DNA of 64,000 nt from Thermoanaerobaculia bacterium (GTDB lineage: Bacteria > Acidobacteriota > Thermoanaerobaculia > Multivoradales > JAGPDF01). Made by a program: the position numbers and the translations under genes. Within the stretch, counting starts at the first letter, position 1. Every line of letters starts with the position of its first letter. Below are positions 40,759 to 50,803 of this stretch, in pieces. The notes below the pieces were generated by a model. That model was given only the letters and a program-made list of their open reading frames with translations, did no database searches and was not told the DNA's origin. The stretch spans positions 804,405 to 868,404 of the forward strand of contig CAVQJN010000002.1 of NCBI GenBank assembly GCA_963712855.1, in the 5' to 3' direction.

Positions 40759-42537
40759 TCAGGAGCCGCTTCGCTCGACCGATTCCGCGCTCGAGGCAAG
40801 GCGGGCGCGCCACCTGCGAAGGGTCGCGAGCTCGTCGGCGACCGCGGACTCTCCCTCTTGATGTGCCTCCTCCGCACGCGCCAGGGCTGCTTCGGCTCGG
40901 TCGCGCAGGCCGAGGAGCATTCCGGAGATCTCGTTCTCGACTCGCCGGCGGCTTTCCAGCGCGCGCTCGAGCAAGTCGTTCTTCAGCCGCGCGCTGTTGA
41001 CCTCGAGGAGAGCAGACAGATGGGCATCGGCCTCCGCGACGATCGCACGGCGTCGGCGGGCCGGTCCGCGGAGGCGATCCGCGAGCCTTCGCAGGAGCTG
41101 GCTCGGATCGTCGCCCCAGCGTTCGAGAAAGCGGTACTCGGAAGCCCCGCGAAACCCCAAATCCGCCGGCAGAGCTTCCGGGAGAGCCTGGAGGTCGGGT
41201 TCCGCCGCCAGGTGAGCGAGGCAGTCGCATCCCTGCTCGATGAAGTGCTCGACGGCGCGGCGGTAGAGCTGCTCGGCGAGAGGCTCGACGGTTGTCCGCC
41301 AGCGATCGATCCTCGAGCTGGCGACCACACGCGTCGTGTCGCTCACGCTGGATCGATCCAGAACGTCCGCGGCATCGAGGGTGGCGTGGAGCTCGGCCGA
41401 GGCTTCGCGCCCGTTCTCGGCGAGGAAGGCGCCGCGCAGACGGTCGAGCTCGGTCTCGAGCCGTAGCTGCTCGGCAGCCATCAGAGGTCGGAGGTCGTCG
41501 ACCTGCCGGAGAGCGCGCGCGATCGTCCGGCGAAGGCGACCGACGCGCCGGCTCGATTCTTCGAGCGGTTCCGAGAGAAGCTCCTCGCGCAACCCGAGCT
41601 CGCCGTCGAGCGCTCGGGCGAGACGCTCGAGGCCTCGCCGACCGGCGCGCTCCACCAAGTCGGCGCGCGAACGGGCGCCGAGGTCCCCGATCGCCCCGCG
41701 GAGCTCCCGCCAGTCATCGCTGCGTGGGGTGTGTCGCAGGTGATCGAGCGCGCTGACGCGGAACGTTCGATCGACTACCCGGTCGAGGCCGCGAGCGAGC
41801 GCTTGCGCCGTGAACCGGTCGATCTCCCCCAACTGGCCGGCAGTGAAGAGGTCGGCTTTGTTGAGCACGAAGAGGAAGTGCTCGACGTGGGTGGCCAGCT
41901 CGGTGACCAGATCGAGCTCTTCGCGGCTGATCGGTGGCTCGCCGCCCAGCACCACGAGCGCCGCATCGATACGGGGCAGGAACTCCCGAGTCGCCGCCGT
42001 GCTGAGCGAAGAGATCGACCCGACGCCGGGAGTGTCGACGAGACAGAGGCCGTGCGCGAGCACCGGCGACGGATGCAGGACCTCCACGGCTTCGACGTCG
42101 CGCGCGTTGTCGGGATTGCGTTCCGCGCTGGCGAACTCCACCAGCTCGCTGGGCTCGATCGAGATCCAGCCGGTTCGTCGGAGGCGGACTCGTGCCGCGG
42201 GGCGCGGTCCGGAGCGCAACACCGTGACCACCGTGGTGAGCGGCAGGACGCCCATCGGAAGGACGGCCTCGTCGAGCAATGCGTTGATCAGCGTGGACTT
42301 GCCTCGTTTGAACTGCCCAACGCAGGCCAAGTAGAAGCGTCCCCCGGCCAGCTGCGCGGTCAACTCGTCCGCCGCGGAGACGATGCGCGGCGCGGCGGAC
42401 TCCCGAGCGAGCTCGACGAGCGCGTGAAGTCGCTCGGCCAGGTCCGGTCGAGGCACCGTATCCGGGAGCTCTTCCCGACGATCCTTCCATCGTCGAATCC
42501 TCCCGGGGACCCGTGGAGGGTCCGGACCAGGAGTCAT
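40759..42537 (-). CDS. Dynamin-family large GTPase (bacterial dynamin-like protein)
   Basis: G1 is GQFKRGKSTLINALL, G3 is LVDTPGVGS and G4 is VLNKADL. A roughly 300-aa helical stalk region follows. Confidence 0.8.
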   Translation of the reverse strand: MTPGPDPPRVPGRIRRWKDRREELPDTVPRPDLAERLHALVELARESAAPRIVSAADELTAQLAGGRFYLACVGQFKRGKSTLINALLDEAVLPMGVLPLTTVVTVLRSGPRPAARVRLRRTGWISIEPSELVEFASAERNPDNARDVEAVEVLHPSPVLAHGLCLVDTPGVGSISSLSTAATREFLPRIDAALVVLGGEPPISREELDLVTELATHVEHFLFVLNKADLFTAGQLGEIDRFTAQALARGLDRVVDRTFRVSALDHLRHTPRSDDWRELRGAIGDLGARSRADLVERAGRRGLERLARALDGELGLREELLSEPLEESSRRVGRLRRTIARALRQVDDLRPLMAAEQLRLETELDRLRGAFLAENGREASAELHATLDAADVLDRSSVSDTTRVVASSRIDRWRTTVEPLAEQLYRRAVEHFIEQGCDCLAHLAAEPDLQALPEALPADLGFRGASEYRFLERWGDDPSQLLRRLADRLRGPARRRRAIVAEADAHLSALLEVNSARLKNDLLERALESRRRVENEISGMLLGLRDRAEAALARAEEAHQEGESAVADELATLRRWRARLASSAESVERSGS

Positions 42538-42647
42538 CAGCGCACCGAGCGTTGGGCGAGGTGGGCGGTTGGTGCAGGCGGAACTCCATCGCCCGGTCGG
42601 GAAAAGCCTAGAGACGGTCGCGCCGTCGAGTCAAGCGTCCGCCCGAT

Positions 42648-44615
42648 TCAATCGGCGAGCGTCGAGAGATCGCCGGGGTCCTCGTCGAGCTCGACGGCGC
42701 GCAGGAAGCGTCGCAGGATCTTGCCCGAGCGGGTCTTGGGTAGCTCCTCTCGGACCTCGATCTCGGCGGGCACGGCGATGGCGCCGACGTCCTGGCGGAC
42801 GTGGTCGCGCAAGTTGGCGGTCAGCCCGGCGCCGCGGACGGTACCGCCGCGCAAGACGACGAACGCCTTGATGCGCTCCCCCTTGATCGGGTCGGGGAGC
42901 CCGACCACGGCGCACTCTGCGATCGCGGGGTGGCGTTGCAGGGAGCTCTCGATCTCGGCCATGCCGAGGCGGTGGCCGGCGACGTTGACGACCTCGTCGG
43001 CGCGCCCGAGGGCGGCGAAATAGCCGTCGACATCCCGCACCGCGACGTCTCCCGTGGTGAAGCAACCCGGTACCCGGCGCCAGTACTCGAGGTAACTCTC
43101 GTGGTTGTTCCAGACGGCGCGCATCATGTAGGGCAACGGCCCGCGCAGCACGAGGAGGCCCCCCTGGTCGGGAGGCAGCGAAGTCCCCTGTGCGTCGACG
43201 ACGTCGACCTGGGCTCCAGGAAGGGGTTTGCCCACCTTGCCCGGGCGCACCTCCATGGTCGGCAAGCCACCCAGCACCGGCGCCGCGACCTCGGTCTGCC
43301 AGAAGCTGTCGACCACCAAGCCGTCGGCCTGGCCGACCAGGTTGCGTTGTGCCCAGAGGTGGGTCTCGGGGTCGAGCGGCTCGCCGGTAGACGCGACCAG
43401 ACGGAGCCGCGACAGGTCGTAGCGTTCCGGGACCTCCGCGCCGTGACTCCTCCACATCCGCAACGCGGTCGGCGAGGTGAGAAGCACGTTGATGCCGTAA
43501 CGCTCCACCAGCTCCCAGGTGACATCGGGGCTGGGATGATCGGGTACGCCCTCGCGGCAGAAGATGGTGGCGCCGATCGACAGGGGGCCGTAGACCACGA
43601 AGGAGTGGCCGACGATCCAGCCGAGATCCGAGGTGCACCAGAAGATGTCGCGTTCGCCGATCTGGAAGAAGGCGCGCGAGAGGTAGGTGACGCCGACCAG
43701 GTAGCCGCCGGTCGTGTGCACGATGCCCTTCGGCCGGCCCGACGTGCCGGACGTGTAGAGCACGAACAGCGGATCTTCGGAGTCCATGGGCTCGGGCCGG
43801 AAGTGGATATCGCGCGGGTTCTGGATGTCGTAGAAGTCCTTCTCGCGTTCGCTCCCGAATTGCACTGGCGCGTCGCCGGGTCGCGACCCGCGGCGGTGAA
43901 CCACCACGTGCTCGACGGCGGCGAGATCACCCACCGCTTCGTCGACGATTGGCTTGAGCGGTAGTCGCTTGCCGCGCCGAACGGCGAAATCCGAGCAGAC
44001 CACCACGCGGGCCCCGCAGTCTTCGATGCACTCCCGCAATGCACGCACACCGACGCCGGCATGGACCACGCTGTGGATCGCGCCGATGCGTGCGCAGGCG
44101 AGCATCGCGATGATGCCCTCGGGCACCAGCGGCATGTAGACGACAACCCGGTCACCCTTGGTGACGCCGAGCCGGTGCAGAGCGTTGGCGAAGCGATTCA
44201 CCTCACGGTAGAGCCGGTTATAGGTGTAGGCGTGTTCCTCGCCCTCTTCGCCGACCCAGAGCAGGGCCGCTTTGTTGCGCCGCTCGCCGTAGACGTGGCG
44301 ATCGAGGCAGTTGACGGAGGCATTGAGGCGACCGCCGACGAACCATTCGTGATGGGGTGGCCTGGAACGCATCACCTCTCGCCACGGCTCGATCCAGTCG
44401 ACCGCTTCGGAGCGTTCTGCCCAGAAGCTCTCCGGATCCTCGAGCGCATGGACGCGCTCGATTTCGTCGTTGGCGAGGAAAGCGCGGCGAGCGAGTTGCA
44501 GCGGCGGGCGGATCACCCGCTCGTCCCGGGCGAGCCGGCGAATCGCCTCGCGCTGCATTTCGCTGAGCGACAGGCTGGCCGCGGGCCCGCTGGCTGGAGG
44601 GTCGTGCTGCGCCAT
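42648..44615 (-). CDS. acs: Acetyl-CoA synthetase (acetate-CoA ligase)
   Basis: EDPESFW lies near the N-terminus. YTSGTSGRPKGIVHTTGGYLV and the C-terminal LPKTRSGKILRR are present. At 655 aa the length fits. Confidence 0.9.
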   Translation of the reverse strand: MAQHDPPASGPAASLSLSEMQREAIRRLARDERVIRPPLQLARRAFLANDEIERVHALEDPESFWAERSEAVDWIEPWREVMRSRPPHHEWFVGGRLNASVNCLDRHVYGERRNKAALLWVGEEGEEHAYTYNRLYREVNRFANALHRLGVTKGDRVVVYMPLVPEGIIAMLACARIGAIHSVVHAGVGVRALRECIEDCGARVVVCSDFAVRRGKRLPLKPIVDEAVGDLAAVEHVVVHRRGSRPGDAPVQFGSEREKDFYDIQNPRDIHFRPEPMDSEDPLFVLYTSGTSGRPKGIVHTTGGYLVGVTYLSRAFFQIGERDIFWCTSDLGWIVGHSFVVYGPLSIGATIFCREGVPDHPSPDVTWELVERYGINVLLTSPTALRMWRSHGAEVPERYDLSRLRLVASTGEPLDPETHLWAQRNLVGQADGLVVDSFWQTEVAAPVLGGLPTMEVRPGKVGKPLPGAQVDVVDAQGTSLPPDQGGLLVLRGPLPYMMRAVWNNHESYLEYWRRVPGCFTTGDVAVRDVDGYFAALGRADEVVNVAGHRLGMAEIESSLQRHPAIAECAVVGLPDPIKGERIKAFVVLRGGTVRGAGLTANLRDHVRQDVGAIAVPAEIEVREELPKTRSGKILRRFLRAVELDEDPGDLSTLAD

Positions 44616-44706
44616 CGATGGAACCTCCGGGCTCGGATCGAGCTTTCAAGGTACCACTCGCGATGGTTGTCGACGCCGTCCTGGCGGGTGGGTATGGGCG
44701 AGACCC

Positions 44707-46476
44707 TCAGTCGGGATCGCGGGGCAGCAGCACGCGGAAGGTGGCGCCCCGCCCGAGCGCGCTCTCCACTTCGACCCGGCCCTGATGTGCCTGCGCGACG
44801 TGCTTGACGATGGCGAGACCGAGACCGGTTCCGCCCTCCTCGCGCGCCCGGCCTTTGTCGACCCGGTAGAAACGCTCGAAGATGCGGGAAAGGTGGGCGG
44901 TGGGGATGCCGATCCCCGTGTCGGAGACCTCGACGACGGCGGTGGCGTCTCGCACCCCGACCCGGACCTGGACCCGGCCGCCCTCGACGTTGTACTTGAT
45001 CGCGTTGTCGAGAAGGTTGGAGAGCAGGCGCAGCAGGCCCTCGGGGTCGCCCTGCAGGAGCACCGGCGGACCCGTTTCGAGCGAAACCTCGACCGACCTC
45101 GCCGCCGCCCGAACGGTGACCAGCTCGAGCGCTTCCTGGGCGATCCGCCGCAGGTCGACCGTCTCGCGGACCTGCAACGGTTCCCGGCCTTCGAGTCGCG
45201 ACAGGGTGAGCAGGTCGTCGAGCAGCTCGCCGAGCCGTCGGCACTGGTCGAGGATGCGGCGACTGAAGCGCAACGCGGTCACTGGCTCTTCGGCCGCTCC
45301 GTCGACCAGTGTCTCCGCGTAGCCTCGGATGGCGGCGAGCGGCGTCTTGAGCTCGTGCGAGACGTTGGCCACGAAGTCCTTGCGCATGCGATGCAGGTGC
45401 TCGGCCTCGGTGATGTCCCGCGCCACGATCACGGCGCCGCGGTCGCCGGTCAGCGGCGCGGCGAGCAGGGCCAGGCTCCGAGGCTCTGGCTCGACCCTTT
45501 CGAGCACCTCGGAGTCGGCCGTTCCGCCGAGCAGCACCCTCTGGATCAGGTCGCCGAGCCGGGGTTCGCGCACCAGATCGAGCACTTCGCCGGCGCGCGC
45601 GTCCGCTCCGAGCCCGAACAGGGAGCGGAAGGCGGGATTGACCAGCCGTCCCACCCCGGAGCGGTCGGTCACCAGGACGCCTTCGGACATGCTGCTGACC
45701 GTGGCGGCGAGATGGTCGCGTTCGGCGCCGACCGCCGCGATCTGACCCTTGGCTCCGCGGGCGATGCGTCGCAGCGCGCGGCCGAGCGTCGCCAGCTCGC
45801 CCTCTTCCGAGATCTCGATCTCGGTGTCGTATTCGCCCTCCGCGATCCGGCTCGCCGCCGTGATGAGGTTCTCGAGCGGTCGGAAGAGGGTGCGGCTGAG
45901 CCAGAGTGAAACGAGCAGGGCGATGCCCGCGGCGAGCAGCGCCGAGAGGACTAGGACCTCCTCGATGTGGACCCGCCAATGGGCGAGCGCGCGGACTGGC
46001 CGGGCCAGACGAACGACCCAGGAAGTCCCGTCCGGACCGCTCTGGATCTCCGCCGCGTAGGCGAGCTCGACGCCCAGCGTGGCGCTCGAGCGCACCGCGC
46101 GTCCGGTGCCCTCCGCCAGGGCGGCGAGCACTTCGGGCCGGTGGCCGTGGTTCTCCATTCCGGCGACCTGTTCGAGCGTGCGTTCGTTGTCGGCCAGGAC
46201 CCTGCCGTCCAGAGCGATGAGCGTGACGCGGAACTCGGTATTGACGGCCAAGCGGCTGAGTTGGCGTTGCAGGTCGGCATCGGGAGCGGCGGTGACCGGG
46301 CGCGGCACCGGCAGCTCCGGCCGGATCAAGCGCAAAGTCTGTGCGAGGTCGCGCGCTGACTCGTCGGCGAGGGTGCCCGGCAACAAGAGCAGGGTGATGG
46401 CGGCGACGAGAACGAGTGCGGCGAAAGCCGGCCAAAGGGGGGCCAGACGCAGCTTGGGCGCTTGGGGAATCGCCAT
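44707..46476 (-). CDS. phoR: Sensor histidine kinase (PhoR-like: TM-HAMP-PAS-HisKA-HATPase)
   Basis: The H-box is HELKTPLAAIRGYAETL. N, G1 and G2 boxes (NLLDNAIKY, DTGIGI, GGTGLGLAIV) are present. The start is taken at the ATG at 46476. The PhoR assignment rests on context. Confidence 0.7.
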   Translation of the reverse strand: MAIPQAPKLRLAPLWPAFAALVLVAAITLLLLPGTLADESARDLAQTLRLIRPELPVPRPVTAAPDADLQRQLSRLAVNTEFRVTLIALDGRVLADNERTLEQVAGMENHGHRPEVLAALAEGTGRAVRSSATLGVELAYAAEIQSGPDGTSWVVRLARPVRALAHWRVHIEEVLVLSALLAAGIALLVSLWLSRTLFRPLENLITAASRIAEGEYDTEIEISEEGELATLGRALRRIARGAKGQIAAVGAERDHLAATVSSMSEGVLVTDRSGVGRLVNPAFRSLFGLGADARAGEVLDLVREPRLGDLIQRVLLGGTADSEVLERVEPEPRSLALLAAPLTGDRGAVIVARDITEAEHLHRMRKDFVANVSHELKTPLAAIRGYAETLVDGAAEEPVTALRFSRRILDQCRRLGELLDDLLTLSRLEGREPLQVRETVDLRRIAQEALELVTVRAAARSVEVSLETGPPVLLQGDPEGLLRLLSNLLDNAIKYNVEGGRVQVRVGVRDATAVVEVSDTGIGIPTAHLSRIFERFYRVDKGRAREEGGTGLGLAIVKHVAQAHQGRVEVESALGRGATFRVLLPRDPD

Positions 46477-46788
46477 CGGGCGGCGCAGTGTAGCAGCGCC
46501 CCGGCGACGGACGGTTCCGCCTCGCCGCGGGATCCGCAGCACCTGTGGAGAAATCTGTCGAAATCTCGGGCTGGAGGGGCTCGCGAGCACGCCGGGTGGG
46601 GGCTTCTGAGCGAACTGCACCGATTCTTGTGCATTCGTAATAACGTCTGCGTTCTCAGTGAGTTGTACGAAATTGTCAGGAACAGCGAACCGCTCTGCCC
46701 GGCGACTCGTCGGCGCTTTTCCACAGGAGTTCGCCCGCGTCCGGGTCGAGGAACTCTAAGTCCTTGGGAGGGAGGAAGTTGGAGGCCT

Positions 46789-48396
46789 TCAGGCGGAGCT
46801 TCTGGGAGCCGACTCGAGGCCGGGGCGAAAGGCCAGCCGGCGGCGAAAGACATCCCGGAAGAGATCGGACCGGTAGCGCGCCGCCGCGAGCTCCAAGCCG
46901 ACGTCGTAAGGCGACAGAACCTCGACCACGACCCGCTTGCGTTTGCCGAGCGACGCATAGAGCTCGACCACCCGCAGCGCGTGGGTGCGATCGAGCGCGT
47001 TGGCGATCCGCAACAGGGCGGCGAGACGCCGCACCGCCTCCTGCTGCCAACCGTTCAGCGCGGCGAAGGAGGGGTGGCTGGCTTTCGGCCGGGCGCCGCG
47101 GTGGTAGCGGGCCACTTCCGCGATGATCTCGATCTCGCGTGGATCGAAGGCGTCGAGGTTGGAGGTCGCGATCAGGTAGTGCGAGTGTTTGTGGTGGCGC
47201 TGGAAATGGATCGAGTAGCCGACGTCGTGGAGCAGCGCAGCGAACTCCAGCCAGCTCCGCTCCCGCTCGCCGAGGCTGTGGAGCGGCGCGGTCAAGTCGA
47301 AGAGTCGCAGCGCCAGGCGCGCCACCTGCTCGGCATGGGGAAGCATCGACGGCGCGCGCTGGGCGAGCTCGAGGACCTGGCGCCGGCGGACGCCGCCTTC
47401 GCCCGGCGCGGCGGCCTCGGGCGCGCCCAGCATCTCGAGCACCAGGCCCTCACGCAGAGCGCGGTCGCAGACGCGGAGGCGGTCCACTCCGGCGTGCTGC
47501 GCCAGCTCGTCGAGCAGGATCGCTCCGGCCAGGATCGATTCCGAACGGGGCTCGCCGACCGGAGGCAGCGCCGCGATCTCGCGTCGACGCAGGCCGCGGA
47601 GCTGCTCGATAAGGGCCGCGAGGTCCTTCCTCCTGACCTCGCGCAGGCCGCCCACCGCGAGAGGCCTCTCGCGTCCGCGCGCGAGATCGACCAGTTCGAC
47701 GCAACAAACCGCCGTGCCCGAAGTCGCGATCAGGTACTGCAATCGCGCCGGCGCGCGCAGCTTCGAGATCGCCGAGCGGACGCGCCGCCGCAACTTCTCG
47801 ATCGACTTGGTCGTGGGCGGGTTGCCCTCCAGCAAGCCGGCGCTCCGCAGCGAGCCGAGACGCACGCTGCGCACCGTACGCAACACGCCGCCACGCGCCA
47901 CGCACCATTCCGTCGAGCCTCCGCCGACGTCGACGAGCAGGTTCGCGCCCCGTCCGAGGTCGACCGCGTGACGCACCGCGCGAAAGACGAGCGCGCCCTC
48001 CTCCTCGCCGGAGAGAACCCGCACCTCGAGGCCCGTCAGCGCGCCCACCTGCTCCACGAACTCGCGCCCGTTGGTCGCCTCGCGCACGGCGCTGGTGGCG
48101 ACCGCGTCGATCCTCGATGCGCCCTTGAGGCGCGCCAGCGTGGTCATGCGCAGCAGCGCCTCCAGCCCATCGCGCACCGCGCGTCGCGACAGGGCGCCCC
48201 GGCGCAACGCGCTGCGCCCCAGGCCCACCATGTCGCGCTCGCGCGCCAGCACCCGGTAGCCGCCCGCGCCGTCTCCTTCCGCGACGATCATGTGAATGGA
48301 GTTCGAGCCGATGTCGATCGCAGCGACTCGCGTGCTCGCCGTTCCGGCGGGCGTGGGCGCGACTTCGCTGCGCCGAGGCGAGGTCATGACCATCAT
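46789..48396 (-). CDS. ppx: Exopolyphosphatase (Ppx/GppA family) with a C-terminal HD domain
   Basis: VAAIDIGSNSIHMIV, VATSAVREATN and the HD-type LLHDVGYSIH are present. Confidence 0.85.
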   Translation of the reverse strand: MMVMTSPRRSEVAPTPAGTASTRVAAIDIGSNSIHMIVAEGDGAGGYRVLARERDMVGLGRSALRRGALSRRAVRDGLEALLRMTTLARLKGASRIDAVATSAVREATNGREFVEQVGALTGLEVRVLSGEEEGALVFRAVRHAVDLGRGANLLVDVGGGSTEWCVARGGVLRTVRSVRLGSLRSAGLLEGNPPTTKSIEKLRRRVRSAISKLRAPARLQYLIATSGTAVCCVELVDLARGRERPLAVGGLREVRRKDLAALIEQLRGLRRREIAALPPVGEPRSESILAGAILLDELAQHAGVDRLRVCDRALREGLVLEMLGAPEAAAPGEGGVRRRQVLELAQRAPSMLPHAEQVARLALRLFDLTAPLHSLGERERSWLEFAALLHDVGYSIHFQRHHKHSHYLIATSNLDAFDPREIEIIAEVARYHRGARPKASHPSFAALNGWQQEAVRRLAALLRIANALDRTHALRVVELYASLGKRKRVVVEVLSPYDVGLELAAARYRSDLFRDVFRRRLAFRPGLESAPRSSA

Positions 48397-48424
48397 TCGA
48401 TCACGGCCTCGTGGCGACGGCGCG

Positions 48425-49408
48425 TCAGTGGACGAGAGCCAGGAAGTGGTAGGCGAGCGCGGAGATCAGCGCTGCCACGGGAATGGTGAGCAGCCAGGCC
48501 CAGAGGATGCGTCCGGCGACGCCCCACTGCACGGCGGAGAGCCGCTTGGTCGAGCCGACGCCCATGATGGCGCCGGTGATGGTGTGGGTTGTGGACACCG
48601 GAATCCCGCCGAGGGTGGCCCCGATGATCGTCAGGGCGCCCGCCGTCTCGGCGCAGAAGCCGCCCATCGGCTGCAGCTTGGTGATCTTCGAGCCCATGGT
48701 CTTGACGATCCGCCAGCCGCCGAACAGGGTGCCGAGCGCGATGGCCGCGTTGGAGATCAGGATCACCCAGATCGGGACGGCGAATTCGTGGAGCTTCCCC
48801 GAAGCGATTAGGAGGCCGGTGATGATGCCCATCGTCTTCTGCGCGTCGTTGCCGCCGTGTCCGAGGCTGTAGAAGGCGGCGGAGACGAGCTGGCCGCGGC
48901 GAAAGAAACGATCGACGCGGAACGGGGTCCAACGCCGGAACGTCCAGTGCACGCCGATCGAAAGCGCCAGGCCGAGGATCAACCCGATGACCGGCGCGAG
49001 CACGATGAACGCGACCGGCATGAGCCAGCCGGAGAGCAGGATCGAGCCGAATCCCGCCTTGGCGATCGCCGCGCCCGCATAGCCGCCGACCAGGGCGTGC
49101 GACGAAGACACCGGAATGCCGTAGTACCAGGTGACCAGGTCCCAGACGATCGCCCCGACCAGTCCGGCGACGATGACCGTCTGGGTCACCACCGAAATGT
49201 CGATCATCCCCTTGCCGATCGTCTTGGCGACGTGGGTGCCGAGCACGAAGGCGGCGGCGAAGTTGAAGAAGGCCGCCCAGATGACGGCGTAGCGGGGCGA
49301 CAGCACCCGGGTCGAAACGACGGTCGCGATCGAGTTCGCTGCGTCGTGGAACCCGTTGAGGAAATCGAAGACCAGGGCGACCAGGATGATCGCGACGAGC
49401 GTGCTCAC
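48425..49408 (-). CDS. pit: Inorganic phosphate transporter, PiT family
   Basis: NGFHDAANSIATVVSTRVL and a second GGNDAQK motif are present. It has about 10 TM segments. Confidence 0.9.
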   Translation of the reverse strand: MSTLVAIILVALVFDFLNGFHDAANSIATVVSTRVLSPRYAVIWAAFFNFAAAFVLGTHVAKTIGKGMIDISVVTQTVIVAGLVGAIVWDLVTWYYGIPVSSSHALVGGYAGAAIAKAGFGSILLSGWLMPVAFIVLAPVIGLILGLALSIGVHWTFRRWTPFRVDRFFRRGQLVSAAFYSLGHGGNDAQKTMGIITGLLIASGKLHEFAVPIWVILISNAAIALGTLFGGWRIVKTMGSKITKLQPMGGFCAETAGALTIIGATLGGIPVSTTHTITGAIMGVGSTKRLSAVQWGVAGRILWAWLLTIPVAALISALAYHFLALVH

Positions 49409-49415
49409 CGTGCGC

Positions 49416-50069
49416 TCACGCGTTCTTGATCACGATGTTGCCGATCACGTGGGTGAAGTCCTTGCACTTGTCGCAGGCGTCCTCGAGGCCCTGGTAGATC
49501 TCCTTCCATTTCAGGACCTCGATGGCGTCGCGCCCGTTGTCGGTGCGGAAGAGCGTTCCGAGCGCCGCCATGAAGAGCCCGTCGGCCAGGTTCTCGAGCT
49601 CGGAGATCCGCACCATCCCGGCCAGGATCTCGGGTGCGTCGCGACGGTCCCACATGAGGCCGGTGAGGAGATCGATCTGCTGCACGAGCTCGAGCAGGAT
49701 CTCGGCGAAGCGCACCAGCGCGTCCGGTGCCTCGCGGGGCTCGAAGAGGACCAGGAACTGGGCGATCTGTTCGAGATAGTCGAGCACGTCGTCGATGTCG
49801 ACCGCGAGGGCGCGGATGTCCTCGCGGTCGAGCGGAGTCAGGAAGGTCGAGTTGAGGGCCTCGAAGATCCGGCGGGTGATCTGATCGCCCGTGTGCTCGT
49901 GGGCTTCGAGGTCGACGAGCTTGATCTGCCTTTCGTCGGCTTTCGCGTTGCGCGCCACGGCGAGGAAGACCTCTCCCGCCCGCACGAGGTTCCGGGTATC
50001 TTCGGCGAACAGTTCGCGGAAGCTCTCTTCGCGCGGCAGGAGCTTGCGAATCCAGGAGTCGAGGCGCAT
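49416..50069 (-). CDS. DUF47 (PhoU-like, PiT-associated) protein
   Basis: The ATG is at 50069 (plus strand reads cat at 50067-50069). It is helical and lies immediately upstream of the PiT gene, the usual DUF47-PiT pairing. Confidence 0.75.
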   Translation of the reverse strand: MRLDSWIRKLLPREESFRELFAEDTRNLVRAGEVFLAVARNAKADERQIKLVDLEAHEHTGDQITRRIFEALNSTFLTPLDREDIRALAVDIDDVLDYLEQIAQFLVLFEPREAPDALVRFAEILLELVQQIDLLTGLMWDRRDAPEILAGMVRISELENLADGLFMAALGTLFRTDNGRDAIEVLKWKEIYQGLEDACDKCKDFTHVIGNIVIKNA

Positions 50070-50227
50070 CGGTTCTGGACCTCTCGAACGCGGGCCAGAA
50101 GGCCCAGCCGGGGAATCGCGCGGCAAGGTATCACGGGGCATCGCTGAAACGTCACACCCCGCCGGGTCGTATCTCCGGACGGCCGGGCTGTAACAAAACC
50201 GCGGCGGGGCGGTCCCAACCGGTTGAG

Positions 50228-50803
50228 ATGGCGACAGAGGTGGCGGAGGAAGCCCTGGATCAGGAACGGCAGGATCCCGAATCGGTTTGGCGCACGGCCT
50301 GGGAGAGCGAGCGCGGTCCGCTGCTTTCGTTCCTGCGCCGGCAGGTGAGGGATGCCGAGACGGCTGAGGATCTTCTCCAAGAGACCTTCGTCCGCGCCAT
50401 TCGGTCGGGGCGGATCGAGGAGCGCGAGAGCCTGCGCTCCTACCTTTTCACCATCGCCCAGAACCTGGCCAGCGACCATTGGCGGCGTCACTTCAGGCTG
50501 GTGCCGACGCGGGCGGAGGAGCCTGCGGCCGGCTTCGACGGTGTGGCCGATTCGCGCGCGGAATCTCCGGAGGAAGCGACGAGTCGACGGCGCCTCGAGG
50601 AGCGTCTCCGCGAGGCCCTCGAGGAACTGCCGGAGCACTATCAGGTCGCCTTCCGCCTGGCGGCGATCGAGCAGCACAGCTACCGCGAGGTCGCGGTCAC
50701 GATGGGATGGACCCTGGATCAGGTGCGCATCAACGTGCACCGGGCGCGCAAACGATTGATCGGCCTGCTCGGCGGCGAGCGGGTCGCGGAGACGAGGACA
50801 TGA
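50228..50803 (+). CDS. ECF-type RNA polymerase sigma factor
   Basis: Region 2 is AEDLLQETFVRAI...YLFTIAQNLASDHWRR. Region 4 is YQVAFRLAAIEQHSYREVAVTMGWTLDQVRINVHRARKRL. Confidence 0.85.
   Translation: MATEVAEEALDQERQDPESVWRTAWESERGPLLSFLRRQVRDAETAEDLLQETFVRAIRSGRIEERESLRSYLFTIAQNLASDHWRRHFRLVPTRAEEPAAGFDGVADSRAESPEEATSRRRLEERLREALEELPEHYQVAFRLAAIEQHSYREVAVTMGWTLDQVRINVHRARKRLIGLLGGERVAETRT

Noticed and set aside
46477-46788. A 312-nt, locally AT-richer spacer between ppx and the PhoR-like gene, inspected for a promoter, a Pho box or an sRNA.
   Set aside because: Only weak candidates were found: CTGTGGA-N5-CTGTCGA has 12-nt rather than 11-nt phasing, and CTGACA has no matching -10. Nothing is convincing enough to annotate.
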